NCBI GenBank assembly: GCA_964016885.1
Contig: OZ024754.1
Span: 8,556,001 to 8,620,000 of the forward strand
Source of the DNA: Eledone cirrhosa
Lineage: Eukaryota
DNA length: 64,000 nucleotides
Direction: 5' to 3'
Under the pieces are notes generated by a model that ran no database searches, was not told the DNA's origin, and worked only from the letters and a program-made list of their open reading frames with translations. Position numbers and translations under genes: made by a program. This document shows, one piece after another, positions 1-13,978 of this stretch. The first letter of the stretch is position 1, and each line of letters begins with the position of its first letter.

Positions 1-3000
1 AGCTAGACTTGTTACCAACGATGACATCACAACTAATTAAACCAACCTTACCTCCATCTCCCTACATTCCTAGCTAGACTTGTTACCAAGGATGTCATCA
101 CAACTAATTAAACCAACCTTACCTCCATCTCCCTACATTCCTAGCTAGACTTGTTACCAAGGATGTCATCACAACTAATTAAACCAACCTTACCTCCATC
201 TCCCTACATTCCTAGCTAGACTTGTTACCAAGGATGTCATCACAACTAATTAAACCAACCTTACTTCCATCTCCCTACATTCCTAGCTAGACTTGTTACC
301 AACGTTGACATCACAACTAATTAAACCAACCTTACTTCCATCTCCCTACATTCCTAGCTAGACTTGTTACCAAGGATGTCATCACAACTAATTAAACCAA
401 CCTTACTTCCATCTCCCTACATTCCTAGCTAGACTTGTTACCAAGGATGTCATCACAACTAGTTAAACCAACCTTACTTCCATCTCCCTACATTCCTAGC
501 TAGACTTGTTACCAACGATGTCATCACAACTAATTAAACCAACCTTACTTCCATCTCCCTACATTCCTAGCTAGACTTGTTACCAACGATGTCATCACAA
601 CTAATTAAACCAACCTTACTTCCATCTCCCTACATTCCTAGCTAGACTTGTTACCAACGATGTCATCACAACTAAACCAACCTTACCTCCATCTCCCTAC
701 ATTCCTAGCTAGACTTGTTACCAACGATGTCATCACAACTAATTAAACCAACCTTACCTCCATCTCCCTACATTCCTAGCTAGACTTGTTACCAACGTTG
801 ACATCACAACTAATTAAACCAACCTTACTTCCATCTCCCTACATTCCTAGCTAGACTTGTTACCAAGGATGTCATCACAACTAATTAAACCAACCTTACT
901 TCCATCTCCCTACATTCCTAGCTAGACTTGTTACCAAGGATGTCATCACAACTAATTAAACCAACCTTACTTCCATCTCCCTACAATCCTAGCTAGACTT
1001 GTTACCAACGATGTCATCACAACTAATTAAACCAACCTTACTTCCATCTCTCTACATTCCTAGCTAGACTTGTTACCAACGATGTCATCACAACTAATTA
1101 AACCAACCTTACTTCCATCTCCCTACAATCCTAGCTAGACTTGTTACCAACGTTGACATCACAACTAATTAAACCAACCTTACTTCCATCTCCCTACATT
1201 CCTAGCTAGACTTGTTACCAAGGATGTCATCACAACTAATTAAACCAACCTTACTTCCATCTCCCTACATTCCTAGCTAGACTTGTTACCAACGATGTCA
1301 TCACAACTAATTAAACCAACCTTACTTCCATCTCCCTACATTCCTAGCTAGACTTGTTACCAAGGATGTCATCACAACTAATTAAACCAACCTTACTTCC
1401 ATCTCCCTACATTCCTAGCTAGGCTTGTTACCAAGGATGTCATCACAACTAATTAAACCAACCTTACTTCCATCTCCCTACATTCCTAGCTAGACTTGTT
1501 ACCAACGATGTCATCACAACTAATTAAACCAACCTTACTTCCATCTCCCTACATTCCTAGCTAGACTTGTTACCAACGATGTCATCACAACTAATTAAAC
1601 CAACCTTACTTCCATCTCCCTACAATCCTAGCTAGACTTGTTACCAACGTTGACATCACAACTAATTAAACCAACCTTACTTCCATCTCCCTACAATCCT
1701 AGCTAGACTTGTTACCAAGGATGTCATCACAACTAATTAAACCAACCTTACCTCCATCTCCCTACATTCCTAGCTAGACTTGTTACCAACGATGTCATCA
1801 CAACTAATTAAACCAACCTTACTTCCATCTCCCTACATTCCTAGCTAGGCTTGTTACCAAGGATGTCATCACAACTAATTAAACCAACCTTACTTCCATC
1901 TCCCTACATTCCTAGCTAGACTTGTTACCAAGGATGTCATCACAACTAATTAAACCAACCTTACTTCCATCTCCCTACATTCCTAGCTAGACTTGTTACC
2001 AACGATGTCATCACAACTAATTAAACCAACCTTACTTCCATCTCCCTACAATCCTAGCTAGACTTGTTACCAACGTTGACATCACAACTAATTAAACCAA
2101 CCTTACTTCCATCTCCCTACAATCCTAGCTAGACTTGTTACCAAGGATGTCATCACAACTAATTAAACCAACCTTACTTCCATCTCCCTACATTCCTAGC
2201 TAGACTTGTTACCAACGTTGACATCACAACTAATTAAACCAACCTTACTTCCATCTCCCTACATTCCTAGCTAGACTTGTTACCAACGTTGACATCACAA
2301 CTAATTAAACCAACCTTACCTCCATCTCCCTACATTCCTAGCTAGACTTGTTACCAAGGATGTCATCACAACTAATTAAACCAACCTTACTTCCATCTCC
2401 CTACATTCCTAGCTAGACTTGTTACCAACGTTGACATCACAACTAATTAAACCAACCTTACTTCCATCTCCCTACATTCCTAGCTAGACTTGTTACCAAC
2501 GATGACATCACAACTAATTAAACCAACCTTACCTCCATCTCCCTACATTCCTAGCTAGACTTGTTACCAAGGATGTCATCACAACTAATTAAACCAACCT
2601 TACCTCCATCTCCCTACATTCCTAGCTAGACTTGTTACCAAGGATGTCATCACAACTAATTAAACCAACCTTACCTCCATCTCCCTACATTCCTAGCTAG
2701 ACTTGTTACCAAGGATGTCATCACAACTAATTAAACCAACCTTACTTCCATCTCCCTACATTCCTAGCTAGACTTGTTACCAACGTTGACATCACAACTA
2801 ATTAAACCAACCTTACTTCCATCTCCCTACATTCCTAGCTAGACTTGTTACCAAGGATGTCATCACAACTAATTAAACCAACCTTACTTCCATCTCCCTA
2901 CATTCCTAGCTAGACTTGTTACCAAGGATGTCATCACAACTAGTTAAACCAACCTTACTTCCATCTCCCTACATTCCTAGCTAGACTTGTTACCAACGAT

Positions 3001-5167
3001 GTCATCACAACTAATTAAACCAACCTTACTTCCATCTCCCTACATTCCTAGCTAGACTTGTTACCAACGATGTCATCACAACTAATTAAACCAACCTTAC
3101 TTCCATCTCCCTACATTCCTAGCTAGACTTGTTACCAACGATGTCATCACAACTAAACCAACCTTACCTCCATCTCCCTACATTCCTAGCTAGACTTGTT
3201 ACCAACGATGTCATCACAACTAATTAAACCAACCTTACCTCCATCTCCCTACATTCCTAGCTAGACTTGTTACCAACGTTGACATCACAACTAATTAAAC
3301 CAACCTTACTTCCATCTCCCTACATTCCTAGCTAGACTTGTTACCAAGGATGTCATCACAACTAATTAAACCAACCTTACTTCCATCTCCCTACATTCCT
3401 AGCTAGACTTGTTACCAAGGATGTCATCACAACTAATTAAACCAACCTTACTTCCATCTCCCTACAATCCTAGCTAGACTTGTTACCAACGATGTCATCA
3501 CAACTAATTAAACCAACCTTACTTCCATCTCTCTACATTCCTAGCTAGACTTGTTACCAACGATGTCATCACAACTAATTAAACCAACCTTACTTCCATC
3601 TCCCTACAATCCTAGCTAGACTTGTTACCAACGTTGACATCACAACTAATTAAACCAACCTTACTTCCATCTCCCTACATTCCTAGCTAGACTTGTTACC
3701 AAGGATGTCATCACAACTAATTAAACCAACCTTACTTCCATCTCCCTACATTCCTAGCTAGACTTGTTACCAACGATGTCATCACAACTAATTAAACCAA
3801 CCTTACTTCCATCTCCCTACATTCCTAGCTAGACTTGTTACCAAGGATGTCATCACAACTAATTAAACCAACCTTACTTCCATCTCCCTACATTCCTAGC
3901 TAGGCTTGTTACCAAGGATGTCATCACAACTAATTAAACCAACCTTACTTCCATCTCCCTACATTCCTAGCTAGACTTGTTACCAACGATGTCATCACAA
4001 CTAATTAAACCAACCTTACTTCCATCTCCCTACATTCCTAGCTAGACTTGTTACCAACGATGTCATCACAACTAATTAAACCAACCTTACTTCCATCTCC
4101 CTACAATCCTAGCTAGACTTGTTACCAACGTTGACATCACAACTAATTAAACCAACCTTACTTCCATCTCCCTACAATCCTAGCTAGACTTGTTACCAAG
4201 GATGTCATCACAACTAATTAAACCAACCTTACCTCCATCTCCCTACATTCCTAGCTAGACTTGTTACCAACGATGTCATCACAACTAATTAAACCAACCT
4301 TACTTCCATCTCCCTACATTCCTAGCTAGGCTTGTTACCAAGGATGTCATCACAACTAATTAAACCAACCTTACTTCCATCTCCCTACATTCCTAGCTAG
4401 ACTTGTTACCAAGGATGTCATCACAACTAATTAAACCAACCTTACTTCCATCTCCCTACATTCCTAGCTAGACTTGTTACCAACGATGTCATCACAACTA
4501 ATTAAACCAACCTTACTTCCATCTCCCTACAATCCTAGCTAGACTTGTTACCAACGTTGACATCACAACTAATTAAACCAACCTTACTTCCATCTCCCTA
4601 CAATCCTAGCTAGACTTGTTACCAAGGATGTCATCACAACTAATTAAACCAACCTTACCTCCATCTCCCTACATTCCTAGCTAGACTTGTTACCAACGAT
4701 GTCATCACAACTAATTAAACCAACCTTACTTCCATCTCCCTACATTCCTAGCTAGGCTTGTTACCAAGGATGTCATCACAACTAATTAAACCAACCTTAC
4801 TTCCATCTCCCTACATTCCTAGCTAGACTTGTTACCAACGATGTCATCACAACTAATTAAACCAACCTTACTTCCATCTCCCTACATTCCTAGCTAGACT
4901 TGTTACCAACGATGTCATCACAACTAATTAAACCAACCTTACTTCCATCTCCCTACATTCCTAGCTAGACTTGTTACCAAGGATGTCATCACAACTAATT
5001 AAACCAACCTTACTTCCATCTCCCTACATTCCTAGCTAGACTTGTTACCAACGATGTCATCACAACTAATTAAACCAACCTTACTTCCATCTCCCTACAT
5101 TCCTAGCTAGACTTGTTACCAACGTTGACATCACAACTAAACCAATCTTACCTCCATCTCCCTACAT
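1..5167. repeat. 71-bp tandem satellite (~73 units; runs off the left edge of the window)
   Basis: Unit AGCTAGACTTGTTACCAACGATGTCATCACAACTAATTAAACCAACCTTACTTCCATCTCCCTACATTCCT repeats head-to-tail with a few recurrent variant sites. Confidence 0.98.
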
Positions 5168-5169
5168 TA

Positions 5170-5325
5170 ATGCTTTGCAGCAAAGAGTTACGGCCCTTTA
5201 TGGTCTGAGTTCAAATCCCGCCAAGGTTAACTTTACTTTTCATCCTTACGGGGTCGATAAAATAAAATACCAGTAATATACTGAGATAATTGCTAGCCTT
5301 GTGCCAAAAAGTAGAAATAATTATC
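5170..5325 (+). mobile_element. SINE family B, 5'-truncated copy
   Basis: B-box GAGTTCAAATCC followed by TTTCATCCTTACGGGGTCGATAAAATAAA..ACCAGT, shared with >10 copies in the window. Confidence 0.8.
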
Positions 5326-5470
5326 AACTTCATTAATAAACACTGTTTTTATACTGTATATAGAGGCTGTCAAAAAAAAATGTGTACATACTTTGATTAC
5401 CTATACAGGCAGTAGTTATTAGAATTTATTTATTTGTTTGTTTATTGTTAGTCATTCGCACATACATACA

Positions 5471-5818
5471 TGGAGGCACATGGCTTAGTGGTTAGAGCAT
5501 TGGCCTTGCAATCGAAAGGTTGTGAGTTCAATTCTCAGACCGGGTGATGTGTTGTTTCCTTGAGCAAGACACTTTATTTCACATTGCTCCAGTTTACTCA
5601 GCTGTAGAAATGAGATGATAGGGACTGGGGTCCATATCATTCCACTGCAAAGTGGTCGTGGAGGTGCCACGGTAAAAAAGCACCCAGCACTCACTGTAAA
5701 TGATGTTGGTGTGAGGAAGGGCATCCAGCTGTAGAAATCAAGCCACAATCTGTTGCCGTCCCACCCTTCAACGCAGGGAAAAGCGGACGTAAAATGAAAT
5801 GATGATGATGATGATGAT
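5471..5818 (+). mobile_element. SINE family A (tRNA-derived head, CORE/V-like body, RTE-type tail), full length
   Basis: A-box TGGCTTAGTGG, B-box GAGTTCAATTC, body CCTTGAGCAAGACACTT..GGAAGGGCATCCAGC, (TGA)n tail; near-identical copies at 6680, 21160 and 40008. Confidence 0.9.
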
Positions 5819-5939
5819 ACATGCGTGTGTGTGCGTGCATGTGTGAGCATACATATGTATGTTTCAATTATACGTGCCACTAAAAAACATGCCTGCATCA
5901 ATCGATATACACACACAGATCGATCTTTCTGGATATGTA

Positions 5940-6039
5940 CAGGGGGTCTGAAAAATTGTATACACACATTGATTACCTGTACAGGCAATATTTATTAGAA
6001 TGCTGTTGAAGTATGTATACATTTTTGGGAGACACCCAG
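5940..6039. mobile_element. ~100-bp Tc1/mariner-type MITE
   Basis: Imperfect TIRs CAGGGGGTCTGAAAAATTGTATACAC / GTATACATTTTTGGGAGACACCCAG; second copy at 53739-53837, partial copy near 5360. Confidence 0.65.
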
Positions 6040-6189
6040 CATATATTCCAACCCACACCCCACACTCCACACGTCATAAGAGGGAACTGAAATGGTTAGT
6101 ATCGGGAGCAGCACTAGCCTATAAAACATTGCCTCAAACCATCCTGTCAAACCCATGCTAGCACAGCGAAATGGATATATAAATATATC

Positions 6190-6372
6190 AGTCAGTATCG
6201 GTAGAGGGTCAAATGCCATGCTTTGCAGCATAGAGTTACGGCCCTTTGCGGTCTGAGTTCAAATCCCTTCGAGGTTAACTTTGCCTTTCATTGTTACGGG
6301 GTATAAGATAAAATACCAGTAATACACTGGTGTAATTGCTGGCCTTGTGCCAAAAGTAGTAACAATTATTAT
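6190..6372 (+). mobile_element. SINE family B
   Basis: CAGTATCGGTAGAG..GAGTTCAAATCC..GGCCTTGTGCCAAAAGTAG plus (TTA)n tail. Confidence 0.8.
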
Positions 6373-6455
6373 TATATATATATTATATATGTGTTTGTGT
6401 GACTGTGTCTGTATATATACATATATATAGATATATATTCATATATATATGAGTA

Positions 6456-6515
<60 letters not shown>

Positions 6516-6679
6516 GAGGTTATATTTAATTTGTTGGGATTCAACAAGCTTAAAAATTTATATATATATTTATTAAAATAACAGATTAAAGTTTAAGCAA
6601 TATATTTGCTATATATTTATCCTTATCGAGCCCTCTTTGGATTTTAGTCTTCAAATTTATTATTATTACTATATATATA

Positions 6680-7069
6680 TGGAGGCACATGGCTTAGTGG
6701 TTAGAGAATTGGCCTTGCAATCAAAAGGGTGTGAGTTCAATTCTCAGACCGGGTGATGTGTTGTTTCCTTGAGCAAGACACTTTATTTCATATTGCTCCA
6801 GTTTACTCAGCTGTAGAAATGAGATGATAGGACTGGGGTCCCTATCATTCCACTGCAAAGTGGTCGTGGAGGTGCCACGGCAAAAAAACACCCAGCCCAC
6901 ACTAAAGTGGTCGTGGGGGTGCCACGGCAAAAAAGCTCCCAGCACTCACTGTAAATGAGGTTGGTGTTAGGAAGGGCATCCAGCTGTAGAAATCAAGCCA
7001 GAATCAGTTCCCGTCCCACCCTTGCAAGCAGGGAAAAAGCGGGCGTAAAATGATGATGATGATGATGAT
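6680..7069 (+). mobile_element. SINE family A with internal duplication
   Basis: Matches 5471-5818 but carries an extra AAAGTGGTCGTGG..CACCCAGC segment. Confidence 0.9.
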
Positions 7070-7136
7070 AATATCTGCGTTTAACGTCCATCATCCACAC
7101 TAGTATAGGTTAGCCGGGTATATATATATATATATA

Positions 7137-7970
7137 TGATAAAAAAGGACTCTGGCTTTACTGTAGCACTGGCTCAGAGCAGGAGAGTTAAGGCGAAAAA
7201 GATATTGGATGCTGAATTTGCCGACGACATAGTTTTGGTGACAAATACAGTGAAGGAGGCAGAGGATTTGATGCAGGAGATTGAGACTGTGTCGATGAGT
7301 GTGGGGCTGAGAATGAATGAAACTAAAACAAAATATCTGGTAGAGAATGTTGAGAAACCAGAGGAGATCAATAATGTAGGCGGGAAGCCGCTAGAATTGG
7401 TTGAGGACTTCCCGTATTTGGGAGCAAAGATTGGGAATACGGAAGATAATGTGGTTGAGAGGAAAAGCAAGGCCTGGGCGGTGTGCCACAGCTTGAGATC
7501 GGTGTGGAAATCGGACCTTTGTAAAAACCTGAAAATCCGCCTCTTCATTGCTGTAGTGGAGTCTGTGCTGCTGTACGTGTCTGAGACTTGGACACTGACC
7601 AAGAAACTCACTCAGATGGTGGATGGGTGCTACATGAGAATACTGAGGATGGCTCTGAACATTAATCAGTATACACTGGGGATGAAAAAATCAGAGCTGT
7701 ATAGGAGCCTCCCAAATGTCAGCTCAAAAGTGACACAGAGGAGACTGAGGTTAACTGGACATGCTCACCGACATCCAGACATTGCACTCAGTGCTCCTGT
7801 GGGAGCCCCTACATGGACACACTGGAAGAGGAAGACCAAGGTTAACGTATGTTGATGCCCTAAGGACAGACACTGGTCTGTTGGAGACACAGGACATGGC
7901 AGCGATAATGAGGGACAGAGACCGCTGGAGAGAACTCGTCCATGGATTTCGGGAATTTTACCCGCCCTAG
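7137..7970 (+). mobile_element. RTE-clade LINE, 3' fragment (RT FADD motif to C-terminus), frameshifted
   Basis: Translation EFADDIVL..GLRMNETKT..FPYLG..VESVLLYVSETWTLTK..RRLRLTGH..RGRPRLTYVDAL..DRDRWR. Confidence 0.9.
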
Positions 7971-8467
7971 AATAGAGAATATATATATATATATACTCAT
8001 ATACTCCTGCCCTCCAATAGTCACATATACACACAAGCTGTTACTTCTGCTATTGTGAACTAGAAAGTACCATTACTTCACAAAAGTTTCCCATAGGATG
8101 TCAAAATTGAACTGAGGGTTAAAAAATATATAAGCAAAGAAAATAATACTCAACAAAAACCTCCCAAACAACAACAACAATAAGGACCCAAAAAGGAGAA
8201 ATTCCTTTAAATAACCCCTAAAGTTACTTTTGACTCCTGCAAATGGTAATCTATTAAATCTACCTCGCCCCTACATATCTGCTGACCTAGGGATCAAGAG
8301 ACACTTGTGTGTTTTCATATTGAGAAATAGTACATGTACCCTCACACACACACATACACACACAGATATAGACACATAGATGTGCAAACCACTTTTATGC
8401 CTGTACACACACAACTAACCCTTCTGGTACAAAACTGCCAGAAACCAGCCTTGGTTTTATGGTACAA

Positions 8468-8833
8468 AACTGTAAAGTGGTTGTGTGGATGTCATGGTAA
8501 AAAGCACCCATCCCACACTGTAAAGTGGTTGTGTGGGTGTCATGGCAAAAAGCACCCAGCCCACACTGTAAAGTGGTTGTGTGGGTGTCATGACAAAAAG
8601 CACCCAGTCCACACTGTAAAGTGGTTGTGTGGGTGTCATGACAGAAATGTGGGTGTCATGATATACTGGATATGTGGTTGCTGTTAGGAGGGCATCCAGC
8701 TGTAGAAATCTAACAAGAAACAGTCCTATATGAGCAAGACACGGTCACCTGACCTAACTTGTCTCTAATGGGACAACCTGTCTAACCCATGCTAGCGCAA
8801 AAGTGGACATTAAACGATGATGATGATGATGAT
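8468..8833 (+). mobile_element. SINE-A-related copy containing ~4 units of a 48-bp tandem repeat
   Basis: CTGTAAAGTGGTTGTGTGGGTGTCATGGCAAAAAGCACCCAGCCCACA x~4, then GGGCATCCAGCTGTAGAAAT and a (TGA)n tail. Confidence 0.75.
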
Positions 8834-9198
8834 GCATGTGTGTGTACATATAAACATACATTTATTTATACATACATACATGTATGCATGCATATATGCA
8901 TACACACATAAACACATACATGCATGCATGCATGCATGCATGCATACATACATACATACATACATACATACATACATACATACATACATTCATGCATGCA
9001 TACATAAATACATACATGTTTACATACATACATACATACATGCATACACACATACATACATACATGCATGCATACACACATACATATACACATATTAACA
9101 TTTTCAATTTGACATGACAGCCACCTGTCAACAATTGAAATTTGTTTTGTCCTCAGTTTCCATTTTGCTGAATTCCCAGGTACAATGTGAAGGTCATT

Positions 9199-9257
<59 letters not shown>

Positions 9258-9622
9258 GCTGTGTGGTCTCATATTTCAAGACAATATCATTCCTGCTTGG
9301 TTATATTATAATTAGCAGCCTTAAAACATTATTATATTATTATATTAATATTATTATATCATTATTATATTAATATTATTTATTTATTATTATTATTTAT
9401 TTATTTATTTAGAAACCATTTTTACAGATAATATATTCTATTCTATTATATTATATTATATTATATTATACTATACTATACTTTATTATATTATATTATA
9501 TTATATTATACTATATTATATCATATTATATTATATTATATTCTTATCAAATTAAAATATAAAGACAGAGGACTTATTAATAATAAATAAGAACAAGGAC
9601 AAAAATATCCTACGCATATATT

Positions 9623-10013
9623 ATGATCATTAAGCTGATGTTAATATTATTTAGCGGCTCTGCAGTGGGCAGACAGAAGGGAAATATGGGAAATTCTTAC
9701 AGCTCTTCTTCTCAAGCTGAAAGCTCAACTACAACAGCAACAAGCTGTGATGGAAGTAACTGTGGTGAAAGGGACAGGGTTGAGGCCACTACTTCAAGGC
9801 CCAGAAGTCGTGCTGAGCTGCGAATGTTTCACCAAATGGTAGAAGATTATTTACTCTCCAATCTTGATTCCAATCTTGATTCTTGGATAAATGACACCTC
9901 CGCACCAGATTATATGCTCCATCTTTACCAATATATGACATCAAATATACAAAAGAATATTCAATGGAAATCTTTGATTCGTGAAGCCATTCGTGGATAT
10001 TATGTAATTGATG
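9623..10013 (+). CDS. TGF-beta/BMP-GDF family ligand, exon 1 (signal peptide and N-terminal prodomain)
   Basis: MIIKLMLILFSGSAVG is signal-like; prodomain motif SAPDYMLHLYQ; donor G|GTAAGT at 10014, phase 1, compatible with exon 2. Confidence 0.75.
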
Positions 10014-10651
10014 GTAAGTAGCCTCTATATACTATATTAATATTGATTGTAATATCAGCAAATGGCCAGTAATATGGGGCGGGGGGATAGAGAAGCAGTT
10101 GATTAAATCAACCCCAGTACATCACAGGTACTTTATTTTATCAATTCTAGCAGGATGAAAGGTAAAGTTGAACACAAAACGTAGAATCATCATCATCATC
10201 ATAATCATCATCATTTAATGTCCACTTTCCACACTAGCATGGGTTAGACGGATTGTCCCATCAGAGGTAGGTTGGGTCAGGTGACCGTGTCTTGCTCATA
10301 TAGAACTGTTTCTGACTATGTTTCTACGGCTGGATGCCCTTCCTAACGCCAACCATATTTACAGTGTGGGCTGGTTGCTTTTTGTCATGACACCTACACG
10401 ACCACTTTACAGTGTGGACTGGGTTCTTTTTGTGTGGTACTGTGTAGCAGTCTGTGTGGTACTGTGTAGCAGTCTGTGTGGTACTGTGTAGCAATATGTG
10501 TGGTACTGAGTAGCAATCTATGTGGTACTGTGTAGCAGTCTGTTTATTGACCAAAGCTATTCTCTGTTCACCAAATCCATTTAAAGAGTTTTGACCTGTC
10601 TCGATCTTCAGATTATCTCAGTGACGACTTCCTAACCATACAGTCACGTTA

Positions 10652-11015
10652 AAATATATATAGGGTTACAAATATATATATAGGGTTACAAATATATATA
10701 TATATATATATAGGGTTACAAATATATATAGGGTTACAAATATATATATAGGATTACAAATATATATATAGGGTTACAAATATATATATATATATAGGGT
10801 TACAAATATATATAGGGTTACAAATATATATATAGGATTACAAATATATATATAGGGTTACAAATATATATATATATATAGGGTTACAAATATATATATA
10901 GGGTTACAAATATATATATAGGGTTACAAATATATATATAGGGTTACAAATATATATACGGTTACAAATATATATATATAGGGTTACAAATATATATATA
11001 GGGTTACAAATATAT
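10652..11015. repeat. Minisatellite GGGTTACAAA(TA)n, ~17 units
   Basis: Constant GGGTTACAAA core separated by variable TA runs. Confidence 0.95.
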
Positions 11016-11242
11016 AGAAAGATAGATAAATAGATAGATAGATAGATAAATTTCTATTTATTGCCACGAAGGCACAAAAGAAGGGGACAAATACAAAAGG
11101 GGGAAGTTTACACAAAAGAACGAGTAAAACAAATAACAAATATAAATAGAATATAAATAGATAGATAGATAGAGATATTTTTAATCACGTTTTAATATAT
11201 TAAAATCTTTACAAAATAAAATCAAAGCTATTTAACATCAGT

Positions 11243-11511
11243 GTGTGGTGCCAAAGGTCCTGTCTTCCACAGCTAGAATAAGGAGCAGATATTGCAATAG
11301 CATGGGGTTCAAAGAGCCTCAACTCTTCAACAAGCTGCCAGGAGCTTTGAGAGATCTGCATGCTGTGGACGTGGATGTTTTCAAGAAACTTCTCGACACC
11401 CTGATATCCAGGATCCCAGATGAGCCCACAGCATGGTACGAAGGTAACCTAAGGGCAGCAGCAACGAATTCCTTCTTACACCAATGGCCAGCCAACATAG
11501 GCTGGAGATAG
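11243..11511 (+). mobile_element. CR1/Jockey-group LINE 3' end
   Basis: PQLFNKLPGALRDL..DVFKKLLDTLISRIPDEP..RAAATNS resembles the C-terminus of CR1-group ORF2. Confidence 0.7.
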
Positions 11512-11900
11512 ACTGTGTAGCAATACGGGTGGTGCCACAGCATGGCCTCAGACGGATGGCTGGAACAGGTAAAAGAGTATGTGTGTGTGTGTGTTGGCCA
11601 CAGGTCTCAGGTATTTTTACCCATCGCTTTCTTTTACGGCATTTGGTCGTTTTAACGACTGTTCTAGAGAAGAGTTTTCTCATTTATGTATATATGTATA
11701 TATATAAATTAATAAAAACAATGAATAAAAACAAAGAAACAGTTCCTTATATTAAAAAATTCATCATTTTACGATCGTTTCTAGGATATATATGTGTGTT
11801 GGTATGTATATCATATAGATCTATGTAAAAATTTTACAAACTATCAGAGGGAATATACTTACATACCTACACATATATATCCTGTCTACATATATATATA

Positions 11901-12045
11901 TATTTCTGAAGACGGCATATATGTGTGTTTGGTATGTATATTTAATCTTGATAGTTTGTATAATTTTGTATAATTTTGTACATAGATCTGTTGAATATGC
12001 ATGCCAATTCTAACACATATATATCCTAGAAACGATCGTTAAATA
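11901..12045 (+). ncRNA. Type I hammerhead ribozyme motif with long stem II
   Basis: TATTT-CTGAAGA-(GG.ATATATGTG..CACATATATATCC)-GAAA-CGATCG-T-T-AAATA; stem I TATTT/AAATA; palindromic stem III ACGATCGT. Confidence 0.65.
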
Positions 12046-12244
12046 ATGAACTTTTTTTGTTTAATATAAGGAACTGTTTCATTGTTTTATTCATTATTTG
12101 TTTAATATTTTATCTTGACTCTGTATTCCGTTTATCTTTCACCGAAAGTGATTTTTCATTACATCTCTTCTTTCCATGATATCCGGAATACATTGAGTTC
12201 TTCATACGGATTGGACACTACCGTAAACTCTTGGTAGATTTATC

Positions 12245-12297
<53 letters not shown>

Positions 12298-12670
12298 TTT
12301 GTTTATGTTCATACACAGAATGGGAAAGCGCTAACTTTGGTTTCAATGTCTAGTATTGATTAACCCAACAAGATATCGCTCTGTGTATCGAAGATAACAC
12401 TGCACTCTATCTTTCAGTAGGGTTTTTAGAGAGATTTGGCTGCTATTTCTAGCACATCTTAACAGGGAAAGTTCCTATACGATCGCTAAATAAACTAGAA
12501 ATAGCAGACAAATTTTCCTTTAAAAAAAATAAACACCCAAATGTCTTTAAATACATATAAAAGTTAACTCATGGAACTTACCTTGGGTGTATTCCACCAT
12601 AACAGCACATTTAGTTTTCCCGTATCTTGTATTGTCAAAGGTAAGTACATATATAGACATTTATAAATGT

Positions 12671-12738
<68 letters not shown>

Positions 12739-13489
12739 ATATTTGGGGAGGGTAATATTGTTATAATATTGCCAGAAATAATGATAATGTCAAAAACCTT
12801 GCAAAACAAATATATAGAGAGAGACATTTATAAATGTCTATATATATATATATATATAGTAGTTCAAAATCCGGCAATCCGGAGTCTGCTTAATCCATGG
12901 TATCCGTGTCCAGGGTAATTATCCAGGTTCGAATGACAGGTGGGCCACGAAATGTGGGAAAATAGTTGATAAATGAAACAATATTAAGATAACGCTTGGA
13001 GGAAGTAATATATCTCTATGGTACTAAAATATCACTTTATCTCTTCACCTAAATCAACTGTCGTCTGTTGAGTTGTACTGAACCAGTTTAAAACTCCTTA
13101 TAACTAATAATAACATGCATTTGAAGCAATAGTATGAATAAGAAAAGTTGGAGTGTTAATAGTCGATTGTAAGAGACTCGAGTGTTTTACCATTTACCCT
13201 TGTGTTAGAGGTAGAGACCTCATATAACATACCACTCTCAGTGACTCTTTTGTCTTTTCCGAGATTAACAGAATAAACTACTGAAATAAAATGTTTTATA
13301 AAACTACCGCAGAAATATAATTATTTTTACCTATATAAAAGTACTTGATGTTACCGACAGTGACAAATATATACACTCCTCCAAATTACCCGTTTTATGA
13401 CGGGTCACACTCGATTGTAAACTCACACACACGCACACACACACATACATACATACATACATACATACATACATACATACATACATGGA

Positions 13490-13885
13490 TGGTGGCTGCC
13501 AATTCGTTTTCGAGTACGGCCACTACTTTATATCCATGTTGGAGAACCCCTACCGATGCGCTGAACGAGTGTGACTTTTTAGTCCAGCCTGCGACTTGAA
13601 AACTCTGGTACAAACACTACACCTGTGACAATTATTGACACAGTGCTGGGCCCATGGTACCATGTGACGACAAGTGCAGAGAGATCTCCAGATATAAAGC
13701 AATGCCTGTGCCGTGAAGCTTTTATAGTGAGCAAAGGCACTGCACAAAGCCAGTCCCACTCTCTTAACCAAGATGATATTTACCAAAAAGAAGAACAAGT
13801 CAACATCATTGGATACCATCAGGGTTGCAGGTGTTATATCTGAGTTTTCCTTCTCCTAGAATTCTGCCTTGACAAAGGCTAAGGG
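13490..13885 (-). mobile_element. RTE-like non-LTR remnant with C-terminal C2H2-like finger
   Basis: CSVCTRVFKSQAGLKSHTRSAH; upstream CTAGGAGAAGGAAAACTC motif typical of RTE 5' regions. Confidence 0.55.
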
Positions 13886-13899
13886 GTCATCTCTCCCGG

Positions 13900-13978
13900 T
13901 GACATGGCAGCGATAATGAGGGACAGAGACCGCTGGAGAGAACTCGTCCATGGATCTCGGGAATTTTACCCGCCCTAG
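13900..13978 (+). mobile_element. Short 3' end of the same RTE family as 7137-7970
   Basis: Near-identical to 7893-7970 (GACATGGCAGCGATAATGAGGG..CCCGCCCTAG). Confidence 0.85.

Noticed and set aside
5471-5550. tRNA gene
   Set aside because: The A/B boxes are a SINE head that continues into a SINE body and tail in several copies; no full cloverleaf
8817-9311. ORFs rich in YI/HT/CV
   Set aside because: Translations of (TACA)n, (TA)n and (GT)n microsatellites, like most short ORFs in the track
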